The notes under the pieces were generated by a model. It was not told where the DNA came from. It ran no database searches and saw nothing but the letters and a program-made list of their open reading frames with translations. DNA of 64,000 bases from contig NC_086097.1 in assembly GCF_963921235.1 (NCBI RefSeq), positions 213,344,001-213,408,000 of the forward strand. The letters are read 5' to 3'. Position 1 is the stretch's first letter; each line of letters opens with the position of its first letter. The DNA is from Mobula hypostoma (lineage: Eukaryota). The translations under genes were made by a program, and so were the position numbers. Shown here piece after piece: positions 25,271-37,860 of this stretch.

Positions 25271-27024
25271 GTGATATCATTCACTTCAGATCAAAGTTCT
25301 ACACATTCATTTAATCCTTGAAGGTGAGATTAAGCAGTGCAATGCTAACGGACTTAAGCACACAATTCACTAAAAGCCAGCCAACAGGTAAAGATGCAAA
25401 AACTTCAAGAAAGCTTCAAGTTGGAATTCAACCCAAGGAAAATTCTTTTAGTTGATTGAGCACTGTGTTGAGTTTTGGAAATCCAATCATCTGGACAGAG
25501 AAACTGACTTCAAATAGAGTACTGTTTTATTATTGAGGAACTATTTTCTCCTAATAAAAAAGTCCAGAAGAACATATTCTTAAAATTAGAGATGAGCCAT
25601 CTGAGATTAATGAGGAGCTTTTTAAAATTACAAAATGATACAAAGATTTCTGAACAACTGGATTACTATAGTAAAACCAATCCACAATCCGGGGTGCTAC
25701 AGGGATCAGTACTATTTTAGTGAGTAGGATGAAGAGCAAATGTACTGTAAGCAAAGTTGCTAATAAGATTGGTTAGAATGTTGAGGATTAAAAAGATTTT
25801 AAAAAATGTGAAAGTATCTGCAAAAGCATACAGATAAGGTAAGTGAATGCAGGCAATTTTTTTTAAAAAAACAGACAAAGCAAATTATTATTTGAACAAG
25901 ACTATAAACACGTAATATAATTGGATCTGCAGGTCCAAATATATGAAACAAAGTTAGCAAAGTACGGTATGTAACATTTACCTTATTGCACAGGGTACAA
26001 AACATAAAAGTGGACCCTTTGATACAATTTGAAAACCACCAATTAAACTGTAGCTGGAGTATTGTTCAAAATTTTATCTTTTATGTTTAAGAAAATGCAT
26101 TTGCAATGGAGATATAGCCAGGTTCATGGAGTTAATTCTACGGACAAAAGGGTTGACATATGAAGGTGAGCAGATGCAGTTTACTCAAATACAGTTTAGA
26201 AGAAATATTTCATTTTCTTGAAGCAAAGTTTTTGAGGATGATTGTTAAGTGATGATAGAGGATGTATGCCTTAGCGATGCTGTCCAGAACTAGGTACAAT
26301 AGTTCTGCAAGTAAATCCAGATTCATATCAATGAAATTAAATATTCTAATCTTCATATATAATTGTATTACTTAATAAAACACCAAAAGGCTCAAAACAA
26401 ATAATGAATTAGAATATCATCCAGAATAAACTGGATTTGAGAGTGTGATAACTGAATTACGGTTAAAGATTGTTTAAACAATATATTTACTGGGTTTTTG
26501 AGAGTTTGTACTTGTTCTGCCGTCAGAAGGGAAGGGTGTCATTTCCATACCATGAACTAATCTTCCTTTACTACCAGAACCAGTATTAGAAATGAGCTTC
26601 CTCTGGCACTCATTGAACTATGAATTTACCATACGAAGAAGCAGTGAATGACATTACTGCAGTTTGCTTTGAATTCCCACACCATATGTGGGCATTAACA
26701 GCATATGAACATTTTATATTCACCTCTATATGCTCACGAGACATTGAGCTGTTATATTTCTGGTAGAGAATGTGTGCTGGATAGTGCATCTAATATTCTA
26801 AGACCATAAAAAAACAGAAGCATGAGATTAATAATTGGCCCTCACAACCTGCTTCACCTTTCATCAAGATCATGCAATCGCCCATATCACTGTATTCCCT
26901 TGATATATCGAAATCTACTGATCTTCATTTTAAATGCATTAAATAATTAACACTCTGTGGCCCTCTATTGCAAAAAATTCCCAAGATTCACCACCAACTA
27001 CATGAAGTAATTTTTCATCTCGAT

Positions 27025-27250
27025 TCTAAATGGATTTCTTCGTAAGAAGTAGATCAACAGTGCATATTGTGCAACAAATGTGAGGTGCCCAGGCTTTGTC
27101 TTGGACGCCAGTTTTACACCCAAAATAGAGCTCATTGGTTTTCTTAATGAGGATCCACGCTATGTCTTTGAGATTTGAGCATATACTTGCCACAAATATA
27201 ATGGAAAATTGTGGCTGTTGCAACATGGGCCATTTTGCATATCATCAGAC
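27025..27250 (-). mobile_element. DNA transposase N-terminal zinc-finger fragment, probably Chapaev3 (CMC)
   Basis: Frameshifted FHYICGKYMLKSQRHS plus ELYFGCKTGVQDKAWAPHICCTIC. Confidence 0.6.
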
Positions 27251-28429
27251 CGTGAAAATGAGAATAAAAACAGAAATGCTGGAAATTCTCTGCAAATCAG
27301 GAGGCATCTGTGAAAAGAGAAAAAGAGTTAACATTCCAGGTTGAAGAGTTCTCAGTCTATGTCAGATTAACCCCAGTCCTGCACACTCCACCTTTTTAAA
27401 CCAACCTTCTGTATTGATCCAAATATACTGCACATCTTGCCTAGGACTCACCATGCATTCACAGGAGTAAGTGTGCAAGTGCAAGTGGCAGAAGTTGTTA
27501 TAGTGTAAGAGGGGAAGACGGTAACATTGTTCTGCTAAGATTCTGGCATAAATCCCCACCCTCCATTGGTGGTCTTGAGAATGAGGGTGATCTCATAACA
27601 TGGCACTGTGTAGAGTGAATCACCAAGGCAATGTACAAAAGCCGTCTTTGGCAGATAATATCGCCAGGGTTGGGACAAGTATTACAGCCAATCAGCATTG
27701 AGATGTGGGGCTCGTAACCATTTCTTGAATGTGATAGTAGCAGCAAGCTCACCTTTATATCCAATTGGACTGTACTGTAGTAGTTTTATGTATTGCACTG
27801 TTACTACTGCAACAAAAAGTAATTTCATGACATATTTGAGTGATGACAAACATGATTCTGACATGGGTCTCTATTGCAGACCAAGTGTGGGAAGAGGGCA
27901 AGGAGAGGGGAATCATGGCTGGAAAAAGGCGAAGCAAGAGGGGAGGGGGCCAGAAACACTAGAGAGACATACTGCAATGACCAATAAATCAATTGTTTGG
28001 AATCAAATGACTTTGCTTGGTGGCTTAGGGCTGGGAATGTCTGCACCTGTGCCACCCTCCTGCACGGCATTCCTGCTCTGCCACCTGTCCCACACTCTTC
28101 CTGCGGTGCACCACCTGCCATTCCCAACATCCTCTGCTTCCACCAGATTTATAAATATGCTCTCTGCTCCACATTGACAAATACAGTATATACACCCAAG
28201 ATTTTTACACAGTACTTGTATATAGAAGTAGGGTAAAAATGCTTCAGATTCATGGCACAACACAGGACAGCCCAAGGAAATGTCTAGGTAGGATAAGTAC
28301 CAGTAACTGTTTGGACTGCAGGTCTAAGAGCACTGCAACAAATCAGTGCTCTAGAAGGTAGCTCTAAGTGGAATATCCATATACACCACATCCACTGGTC
28401 CCTGTTGTATAATCTGACACAAACAGGGT

Positions 28430-31300
28430 CCCCCCCCATAAATCCATGTTGACTCTGCTCAATCCTTTTATTATTTTCAGGTTATTCTCATGTTACATCC
28501 CTCACTATAGATTCAAGCAACTTTCCCTCTAACAGGTCAGTTGTTCAATTTTCTTTCTCCCTCCCTTAAATAGCTGACTTACATATGTTGTCCTCCAACC
28601 AGACAATTCCAGAATCGAAAGAATTTTGGATAATGATAACAGCATTATAATCTCTCTTGCCACTTCTTTCAAAGCTCCTGTATGTGGATCATCAGGTACT
28701 TGGGTTTCATTAGCTTTGTCTCACCAACTTAATTTTAATTTTACTGGTATTCATTTCCTTCAGTTCCCATTCTCATTTGAACCTGGTTCTTTGGTATTTC
28801 TTGAAGATTTTTCATGCCTTCCTCCATGAATACATACACAAAACAGTTACTTAACTCAACTTTTGTTTTCTTAAGCTTCAATACAAATTCTTCTGCCAAA
28901 TTTTAAGGCCAAAGGCATTTGCTTTTATTTGTCTTCTTTTTATTTCTTTTTACACAGCTACAGCTGATGGAGTGTTTCAATCTCTCTTGCCCGTTTACTC
29001 TCATATTGTATCTTGCCTTTGTTTATCAATTTTTAAATATTTCTTCGAGTATCAATCCTCCCAATCCTCAGGCCTACAGTTATTTCTGGCAATTTTAAGC
29101 TCCTTCTTCTTTAGATTTCTTGTCAGCACAGATGGGGACCATTTTTCCCACTGAATATTTGTGTCTCAAAAAGGGAAATACCCTCCCCCCAACAACAAAT
29201 TAATCCTTAATAGCTTAAATGCTTTCCATTCCAATCAATCACAGGACACTCTCTCATGTTCATAGTTTGTTAAGATTTAATAATCTTTAGGTCTTAACTA
29301 CTTTGCTTCCAAGCTCACTGTAAATTTCTACCTTATTATGGCCATTCTTCCCCACAGGCCCCTTTACAACAATTAGTGAATTTTGGTTAATTGGAACACA
29401 TCAGAATAATTGCCCCCATTAGCAGAAATTTCATGTTAATAGTTAAAAAGGTATAAAAAATAGAATCTACCATTTAACTGAGTAACAAATTATGTATTTA
29501 AACGAAGGAGAACAAATTACAACACTACCGATATTACTTAAGTACTATAAAGCCGTATTAGTTTGTAATGGTTATCGACAAAGGAATTCATCAAGTTTAC
29601 GTTGGCATGCTCTTTTGATTGACTGTAAATGAACAAAAACAGATGACACTTCGTGCAGATTAATAGACTGCCTTCATTTCCTTCCTGCATGAAGTAGTGT
29701 CATAATCAAACAATAAACTTCTTCCTGGCATCTTGTGTAGACACTAACTCAGGTTCAGTTGTGTCATCATCACTTTCCACATCTTCATATTGCCTGCTTT
29801 GATGTTCTGACTTTCAACGACTGCATTCTCTAAATCTTCATTTTCATTGTAACATTCAAGATGATACTTTCAAATTCTTCGTAGTTCCTAACTTGTTAAA
29901 GTAGTGAAGTTGTTTCATTTTCACTGCCAGCATCTCCAAGCCTGAATGCTTGAAACTGCAGTGAGCAAAAGAGCTTTGAATTGTCTTGCTGCTTATTTCT
30001 CACCAACTGTCAAACTGTAAAAGGTTAAGCCTTGCACTCACTTCCTTGGTTGTTGAAATGCCAATAGATGTTCTACAATTGCTTTGAAAATATTATTCAC
30101 TAACTTTCCACAATACAATGCCGAAGTTTTTATTGTTTCCCCATATCCATTGGCTACACCAAGGATGTTGTATGGGCAGGCAGAAATTCCAGCAGGATGT
30201 TTCTCAAACATTCTACAGTACATTAGGGTGGGCTGCACAACTGTCAATGAGCAAAAGAATTCCACTGCAGCTCTGTATCCCAATTCATCAACCGTTTCTT
30301 AAAAATTTTCAGAAGTCATCCACATATTCTTATTAGCATAATGATCGATTGGTAAACTATCCTTTCTTAGCCCCTTAAAGCATTGAGATTTAACACTTTT
30401 CCCAATAATCAACAATTCATTTTTATCAGTTTCTGACATATTTGAACAGTTTTCTTTGAACCTGATCCATTGTTTTCTTTGAATTTGATAGTATTGTGTG
30501 TTTGTCACAAAATGGCCTGTTTTGTTGGTGTCGTAGATATCAATTGCATGAAAGTTTTAAAGTCAGGAGTTTTGTAAATTTACACGTTTCTGCAATTACA
30601 GTATCAGCACTATCTTTCTCAACATGTGCTTTCTTGAATTTAACATGGTGACTACATTTCCATTGAGACAACCATCTGTTGCTTTATAATCTTTGTGACC
30701 CAGCTTCTCAGCTAGCCTCTGACTTGTTTTTTTTTTAAACATTGTGTACCGACACGCACACCTTTGGCTTGTGTCAAATCTTTTTGTGGCATCTTGGTAA
30801 GGATCTCAAAATAAAAAAGTCAAAATAATAAAAAAACAAAAAGATCAAAAATCACTCCTTGTTGAATCAGCATCCAGTGGCCCAAACATAACAAGCACAT
30901 ACAACTGACTTTACCTGTTTGCTCTAAGCACAGTATAATGCCTAGCAGCCACACAAGTAACTGTCTCTTGTCCCAATTAAGCAGCATAGTGTCCTAAATA
31001 TATGAAAGGAATCCTGGCTATTTTCTTGATTTGTCATTAAGAAATGCTCAAAATAAGCAGCTGCTCCAATTAACCAGAAACCACTATTTAACCCATTCTC
31101 ATAGCACAGAACAAATCTGAACTAGTTTTTTTCCCCTTACTGGATTCCTCAAGCAAGATAAACTCACCGCCATTCTGATTACATCCATTATTAACAAAGC
31201 TACACCGCCTCCTTTTCCTTTTTGTCTGTCATTCCTAATTATCAACATCCTTGCATGCTGAGCTTACATCTTTGGTCAACCTTTAGCAAATTTCAGTAAG
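28430..31300 (-). mobile_element. Old CR1 remnant (about 28430-29373 and 31087-31300) interrupted by a Tigger element
   Basis: Degenerate minus-strand CR1 endonuclease-region sequence is colinear on either side of the Tigger. Confidence 0.5.
29374..31086 (-). mobile_element. Tigger/pogo DNA transposon, decayed, both TIRs present
   Basis: 25-bp TIRs at 29374-29398 and 31062-31086 (21/25 complementary). Transposase remnants SNMSETDKNELLIIGKSVKSQCFKG..YANKNMWMTSE and LLIDSCAAHP. Confidence 0.85.
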
Positions 31301-33199
31301 AGTATATGGTATTAGTTAATTTACTTGATTTTGAACACTGCGAGCATTTTGTTGCAACACCTCTGTATTTGCAATTTAAACATTTTTTCTGTACTTTGAC
31401 CCCATTTGTTGCCCATCTATTTATTTCACTTACTACTTTTCTAACCTGCACTTTCCTTTTTGAACTTACTTCGGAATTCAGATGCACAGCAATTCTTACT
31501 GAGGTAAAATCTCTCCAATTTTTACTTGTTTCACTTGTCCCAGAAAAAAAAGTTGTGGATTGCCATCAACTGAGTGCAAGGTTTTCTAAATTACTCTCAG
31601 AACTCAGAAATCTTTATCCCTCCCCCCTGGACCATTTTATCACCTATATCATTGATCCCACCTACTAGTTATTGGTATGAAATAGATCATTTTTAAATGT
31701 TATAAATTGGTAAATTTGGTAAATTTATTTTTCATACACACCGTTTCATATGTTATTTTCTAGAACATATTCTGAACGTATACCAGGTATGATGAAGCTT
31801 TTTTCATAAAACCCAAAATACTGCAGTTGTTATGAACAGAAATTAAAACGAAAATGCCGGCAACACTAAACAGTCGGACAGTATCTGTGAAGGACAAAAC
31901 TAATTTCTTCTCTCCGCAGAAGCTGCGTGAGTAGTTAAACATTACAAGTTACTACTTAAACTCGATTTGTTATTTTATGTTAAGCCTGAATTTACAGAAT
32001 CCCATTTATATTTTATAACGTCCGAGATAATACGTAATGCTTATTATTAAACAAATATCGCTTAGTAAAACGAGTGTCATTTACAAGTGTTTTATACTGC
32101 GCACACTTGGAAATGGCTGCCCCAAGGCGTACAGTGCACCTGCTGCACGAAAGGGTATTGCACCTTGTGCCACGTTAACTTACGTCAGAAAAAAAGCTGG
32201 GTTTGAAACGGATGCCAGGTCACTTGTCGCAAGATTGTCCTCAGGAGAGAACAGCAGGTGGTTGCGAAGTAGTCTGCATCTGTTGAAAAAGACATTTTGC
32301 CATGTACATTCACCGCGCACAGTTTAATTCGGCCGCGCCTGACAGAAAACACAAAATCAACCTGCTTGTACTAGACTACAGCTTGTGCCGAGGAAGGGCG
32401 GCCGTGCCGCGCCGCACCGCACGGAGCCGGGGACGGAGGGCGCGGGTCCATTTTATTGTTCACGCGTCGGTCGGTAGCCGAAATAAACAATGATGGCTAC
32501 ACAACACAGAACAGAGCGCTCTGGCACCCGGGCTCCGCCAGAAAGGGGACCCCCGCCCCCGACCCCGCCCGCGCCCGAGCCTGAGCCTGCTTTACGGCAA
32601 CACAACCCTTATTATCCCCGTGTGGGACGGTAATTGCTGTCGGGACAGTTGCCTATCGGGGCCGGGGCCACGGCCGCACCTCAGGATCCCCTCGCACGCT
32701 CATCTACGTAACATAACGGGCATCGGGGCAAAATCCGGGCCCTTGGACGTGTAAACATACGTCAAGGCCGATTGGCTCAGATCCATCAGGGGCTCGCGTC
32801 AGCTCATCACTAACCTGCCATCCCATTGGTAAACGTAAGAGAGGACACATTTCCTTTTCATTCCCTTCCCCTGCATTTGAAAACCGAAAGATAAAAATTA
32901 TTCTAAGGCTCTGGAGCCAGAAATGGAAAGAAGCGAAAGCCCTCTCCACGGCCGGCTGGCGAACAGAGCCGTTAAAAGCCCGAGCCCTGATGTTTGAATT
33001 TATTTTCTTCGGGCCCGTTTTCTGCGTTCGCGGCCGCGTGCTCGGGTGGGGGAGGTGGACGCCCAATCGGGAGGCTTCATAGAAAAATGCAAATGAGGTC
33101 CGTTGACGTGAGTTATAGAGCACGTAAACGTGTGGTCGGGGTCGCGCACGCAGAGCGTGGCGCGCGTTGTAGGGGGACAAGAGGAGGAGAAGAGCGGCG

Positions 33200-33687
33200 A
33201 GCACGCGCGGGGGAAGCCGGGGCTCCAACTTCTGGTGAGAGAGAAATAACACAAAGGAGTGAGTGAGTGAGGACAGGCGGCGAGCGAGAAGATTATCACA
33301 ACTATAAAACACGCGTGAAGCGCCGCTGGGGAAAAAGACTAATAAACTGCTTGAAAAATAAAAAAATAAACCATTTTTTAATTAACGATATCTAAAAAAA
33401 GGCACGAGCGAAAGAAGAGTGTGGAAAAAACAATTTATTTTTTTTGTTTTTTTAAAAAAAAGGAACACCAACAAAGTAAGTACAGAGAGAAAGTGTGTGA
33501 GAGTCGGCGGTTGGGTCGAGTTAGAGGAAATTTGACTGTAAATAAACATGAAAGGACGGGGAGGAGGAGGTGGGGGCAGGCGGTCAGCGAGATTACTAAC
33601 TACCACTACTGGAGAGAGTGCGTTGCCGCTGGCAAAAGCAGCCATTAACATTTCATTAATAGAGCTGCGCTGTCCTCATAGCCAGCA
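33200..33687 (+). other. CHD7: Putative non-coding first exon of the downstream gene (probably CHD7); TSS approximate
   Basis: Purine-rich 5'-UTR-like sequence after the promoter motifs, ending at donor CAGCA|gtgagt (GT 33688-33689). I saw no host coding exon in the following 30 kb, consistent with the long CHD7 intron 1. Confidence 0.5.
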
Positions 33688-33872
33688 GTGAGTTTGCTTG
33701 TCCCTCTCTTGTAATAATTGAGTATCGGTGTACCGTCCTGTTCTGTTCTGTGTGCTCTGATTGTGGGGTTAGTTTAAGTTTCTCTCTCCCTCTCTCGCTG
33801 TGTATGTGTGTGTGGTTTGGGCGCTCGTGGTTCCCACAGGTCACCGGAGTGGACTCGAATGGTTTGAGCTAG

Positions 33873-33907
33873 TTTCTCTCTCTCTCTTTCTCTCTCTCAC
33901 ACACTCA

Positions 33908-33961
<54 letters not shown>
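33873..33961. repeat. Compound (CT)n(CA)n microsatellite
   Basis: Direct reading; pure CA run about 33912-33961. Confidence 0.95.
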
Positions 33962-33962
<1 letters not shown>

Positions 33963-36569
33963 CTGCCGCCGCTGAGGGTCGAGGGGTGGGGGGAAGCACT
34001 GGCCACCGAGAGGGCTGTGAGGGCCACGGACTTGTGAGATAATGGAGCTTGGCAGCGCTGCGATAAGGATGGAAGAGCCTTTAAAATATTTCTTTTTGAG
34101 GAGGGTGAACTGTTTTAACTTTCAGCTCAAACAGCGTGTTTAATGTTTCCGTTACTGTTTCCTTTGCCAGTCGTATTTGAGTAACACCCACCAAAAGGCT
34201 GAGATTAAAAAGGCGCTTCTCTTTGTGGTCGGTTTCAGTCCTGGTTAGTTGTTCTCTTGGACCAGCCAGTGATTTTGTCTGATGAAGAATGTGGTCTGAA
34301 AGAAGACCTCGGGTCTTTAGAATCGAGTGTGTTGTTGGTAAGCTGGGCTTTATAGACACTTTGCGCTACTGTAAAGCCCAAGCTATGCGTGAAACTGTAG
34401 ATCTAGATCTACTTTTTCATTCATTCATTTGCACCGTGTTCGAAATAAGTGGATTGTTTCTTTTAAAATTGTTAAGTGTGTGCGCATGTGTCTGTGTATA
34501 TTTCAAAACTGAGTTCAAGAGAAAACTGAAAACACGTGCAATTGTGAAAACGTAAGGAGTAAAAAAAAATCAAGGTGAAGGGGGCAATAGGGAATGTAAG
34601 GGGAGGGGTAGATCCCACACGGCACTCGAGCACTGGCATAACATTTCACCATCATCAAGGGTTAATCATCCATGTTTGTCGTTGTCTTCGGCGGCAAGGA
34701 CACACACACATTCACACATTGTAAACCTCTTTGTTCGGGGCGGGGGGGGCAAAACATGCGTGCACACTTTTTAAAAATAAAAAAAACTTGCAGGTTAGCT
34801 TTCAGATTTCTTTCACCCTCTGTATATTAAATGAATTATAAAACTATTCCCATGCATTTCTCAGTAAACTAACTTTTTTTCCATGAGGAGGATGGGAGCT
34901 CTCCAGTCGTTTGTTTGGTCAGCGTTTTCTCTCTGGACAGCCTGTACACAAAGAATCGCTCTTAACCTAAGATGGCAGCTTAATTTGACTCCGGTCATTG
35001 ACAGTAATTATAAGAAAGACTCAAGCTATCCCGTCCTTTGGCTCCGTCAAGCCCCCACCATCCTGCTGGATTTAAGACTGGATGTTTTTTTAGGGTGGCG
35101 GCGTCGTCTTTCTTTTAGTGGTGTAATGATTAGTGGATTTTTTAAACCTTTGTTTTAAGAAAGTGACTTTGAACTGGAAATAATCTGATAATGTATTGAA
35201 TGAGTGGCATTCTTGGAGAAATCTACCTGCCCAGCTAGCTACCGTGGAAGGCTGTAGGTGCTTGGCTTCTACCTATGGAAGTTGAAAATATTGTAATGTA
35301 CGATCTGTGTTTATGAAATTGAAGTGTACATTTGGCTTTATTCGTGATGTTGGGGCAGTTAAGTTTAACCAAGTGGTAGTTATTTGACCCATGCCTATAA
35401 AGAATTAGGTTTGAGCAGCTAAGTTTTGGTGGTGGATAATCATCCTTTGGTGAACTGGAATTTTTTTTTATTTTTAGAAAACTTCATTTGAAGTTTTTTA
35501 GACTATATCTGCATTTAAGATCTTGCTCATCTCTTGTCAGGTGTCCTAAGTTGTAACTTGTAGTGTGATAGACGTGTACAGATTACATATGGTGGAAACC
35601 TGTATCATGAATTATTTTAAGTTATCTGCATATAATTCTTTAAATGTTAGATATACTACAGATTTGAAAAGAGTTGTATTAAATTCTTGGTAAATCATGG
35701 AACATTGCTAGAATAATTTATTACAGGCCGATTTAGATTATTAATACATAATACGAAATATTAAACTTTGTAAAGCTTTGTTTAAATTAGTTTATGGATT
35801 GCATAAATAACTGACACTGACATTTGCAATGTGCCTCAACTTTTACAACGTTCCTTAGTATTTGTAAATTAAATGAGCAATGTTCATAATGCATCGGCAA
35901 TCTGCAGTAGAATTCTGGTTTTCAGTCATCTCGTGTGGTCTATTAGTTTGAGAGCTTTAAGATAATGTTTGTTAGATGCATATCAACTATGGTTAAATAG
36001 GAGAATTTGGAAGTGTATTTTTAAGATATGAATGTAATAAACATTTTCCTGTGTGACACTTTGATATACCTATTCTACAGTTTAATATTTTCCATGCTAG
36101 TTATCTGAGTTGAGCACCATTCAATTGTTGCCCTGCTGCAAGAGATTTGATTCCACTTTGTTTTTGTTCCTTGTAAGATCTTTGTAATCCAATGTACAAA
36201 ATATGAAATGGAATAACCTTTTCTAAATACTTGAGCTGTTTCCATTAGGATGTAAGTAAACTGAAGTTCAGATATCCAAGCAATGGGCAAAATTTGGTTT
36301 AAAGAGGTTTAATTGTGTATAGTAATGGATTATATTTGGGCTGAATTCGTTTACTTGGATTGGATGTGACATTTTTTAACTAGTTTATGACTTACAAGTT
36401 ATTGATTCCTCAATTAATCTTCATCACTCTTAAAGCACCAGTACTCAAATAAGGGATTCCTTTATGCATCTGTATTAGGTGAATCAATGATTTTTCCCCA
36501 CTATCTTTCTCTATTAGTTAACTCACCCCAACTTGTTTTCCTTTTTAGTGCTGAGAATGCCTTTTCCTG

Positions 36570-36900
36570 TCATGAGGTGCCCCTGAGCTTTAAACAGCAG
36601 TGAAGTACTTGTTTCTTGTACAGTCAATGATGCAATATAGGATGTGTCATTTTGTGCACAGCAAGCTCCTACAAATAGTTGTCATAAACAGTAAATCTGT
36701 TTTTGTGCAGTTGATTTGAGAGAATAATTTACCTATTGCTCTTAGCAATAGTCCTAAGGGGTACTTCAGCTTATGAACTCATGGAGCCCTGGTTTAATCT
36801 CATTTGAGCAAGCCAGTCTTCAACATTGCACCTTTACTTTAATTCTGATAGACTTCAGTGGTGTTGAGGTTTTAGTCTCTGAACTAGGGCAGATGCACAG
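36570..36900 (-). mobile_element. Degenerate Deu-domain SINE
   Basis: ttttgtgcacagcaagctcctacaaatag and ccctggtttaatctcatttga are reverse-similar to 40955-41250. Confidence 0.55.
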
Positions 36901-37529
36901 CCTCCTGAGATGTTTGTTATTATGACTAATGCTTCACATATAGAATGGTTAAGCTGTTGATGTGAAAGGACTGGATGTGATCCTTGTCCTTCTCTACTAA
37001 TCAATCTACTCCTGTTTGATCTCCACTTCAAGGCTGCATAGGTGAAGTAAGGAGAAGCTATATGAACAGAAAGGGCAGGAAAGAATGCATTGAGAGACTG
37101 GTTGAAACATTGTTGAAGGGGGATCGTGTACAGCAGAAATGTTAGCATTTCTGATCTGCTGCTGAATTGTAAATTTTATGTTAAAAGGCCTTATAAATGG
37201 AGTATAAAGCAACTTTATGAATAGCTGTACAGATTTAAGGTTTGTTTTTGAAGTACATAAAGTAATTGTGACATTTTTGTGTACTTGTTACCTGCATCAA
37301 TCAGTTAAGTTGAAATGCAGAAATGAAAAACTGTTCTATTACAGGAAAATATTAAGTAAAGGTGCTGGGGAGGTTCTTTATTGTCTTTGATTTTAAGCTT
37401 TTATGTAAGTTATTATTGGCAATGTGTATTCTGAAGTGTATACGTAGAAATAAAACATAGGGAATAACTAGGATTTAGATTTTATCCAATGATATTTGCT
37501 GTACAAATCTGGAAGGAGTTAACCATGTC

Positions 37530-37860
37530 TATTTTTTCACAAAACAGGCCATTCAGCCCAATGACCCTGTATTGTCTCTGGGTCCTGATTCCAATTTCCC
37601 CACTTACCTTTAACCTATTCTCACTTGCATGCACATCAACTCCCACTGATTCTCCTGACACTTGACTTGCAAAGTGGTCATTTACAGTAGCCAATGAACT
37701 TGCCTACCAGCATGTCTTTGGTATTTGGGAAAAATCTGAGATGTGTGTGAATCCATCTTGTCACAGGAACTCAGATCCACAGTGACAAAACTCTGTCAAG
37801 ATTAAGCCTAGGTCACCAGAGATCTATGGTAGCAGTTCTAGCCCCTGTACCATCCATGCA
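37530..37860 (-). mobile_element. V-SINE/HE1-like SINE
   Basis: aaacaggccattcagccca tail; atttacagtagccaat..ctaccagcatgtctttgg. Confidence 0.6.

Larger units (their letters stand above)
32000..34050. promoter_or_regulatory. CpG-island promoter (inferred CHD7 promoter)
   Basis: Abrupt CpG/GC enrichment in a CpG-depleted window. GC boxes 32551-32570, CCAAT at 32771, 32825 (minus) and 33063 (plus), octamer ATGCAAAT 33087-33094, TGACGT at 32759 (minus) and 33104 (plus). Gene identity rests only on vertebrate RAB2A-CHD7 synteny. Confidence 0.8.

Noticed and set aside
27698..28275. Cluster of overlapping ORFs up to 159 aa
   Set aside because: Lies in a repeat with a LINE-like tail (minus strand); translations have no recognisable motifs.
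32704..33312. 202-aa minus-strand ORF and overlapping ORFs in the CpG island
   Set aside because: Low-complexity Arg/Ala/Pro-rich translations typical of stop-poor GC-rich DNA; no recognisable domain.
34397..34412. 16-bp perfect palindrome gtagatctagatctac
   Set aside because: Explained by a short tandem duplication of tagatc; no supporting context.
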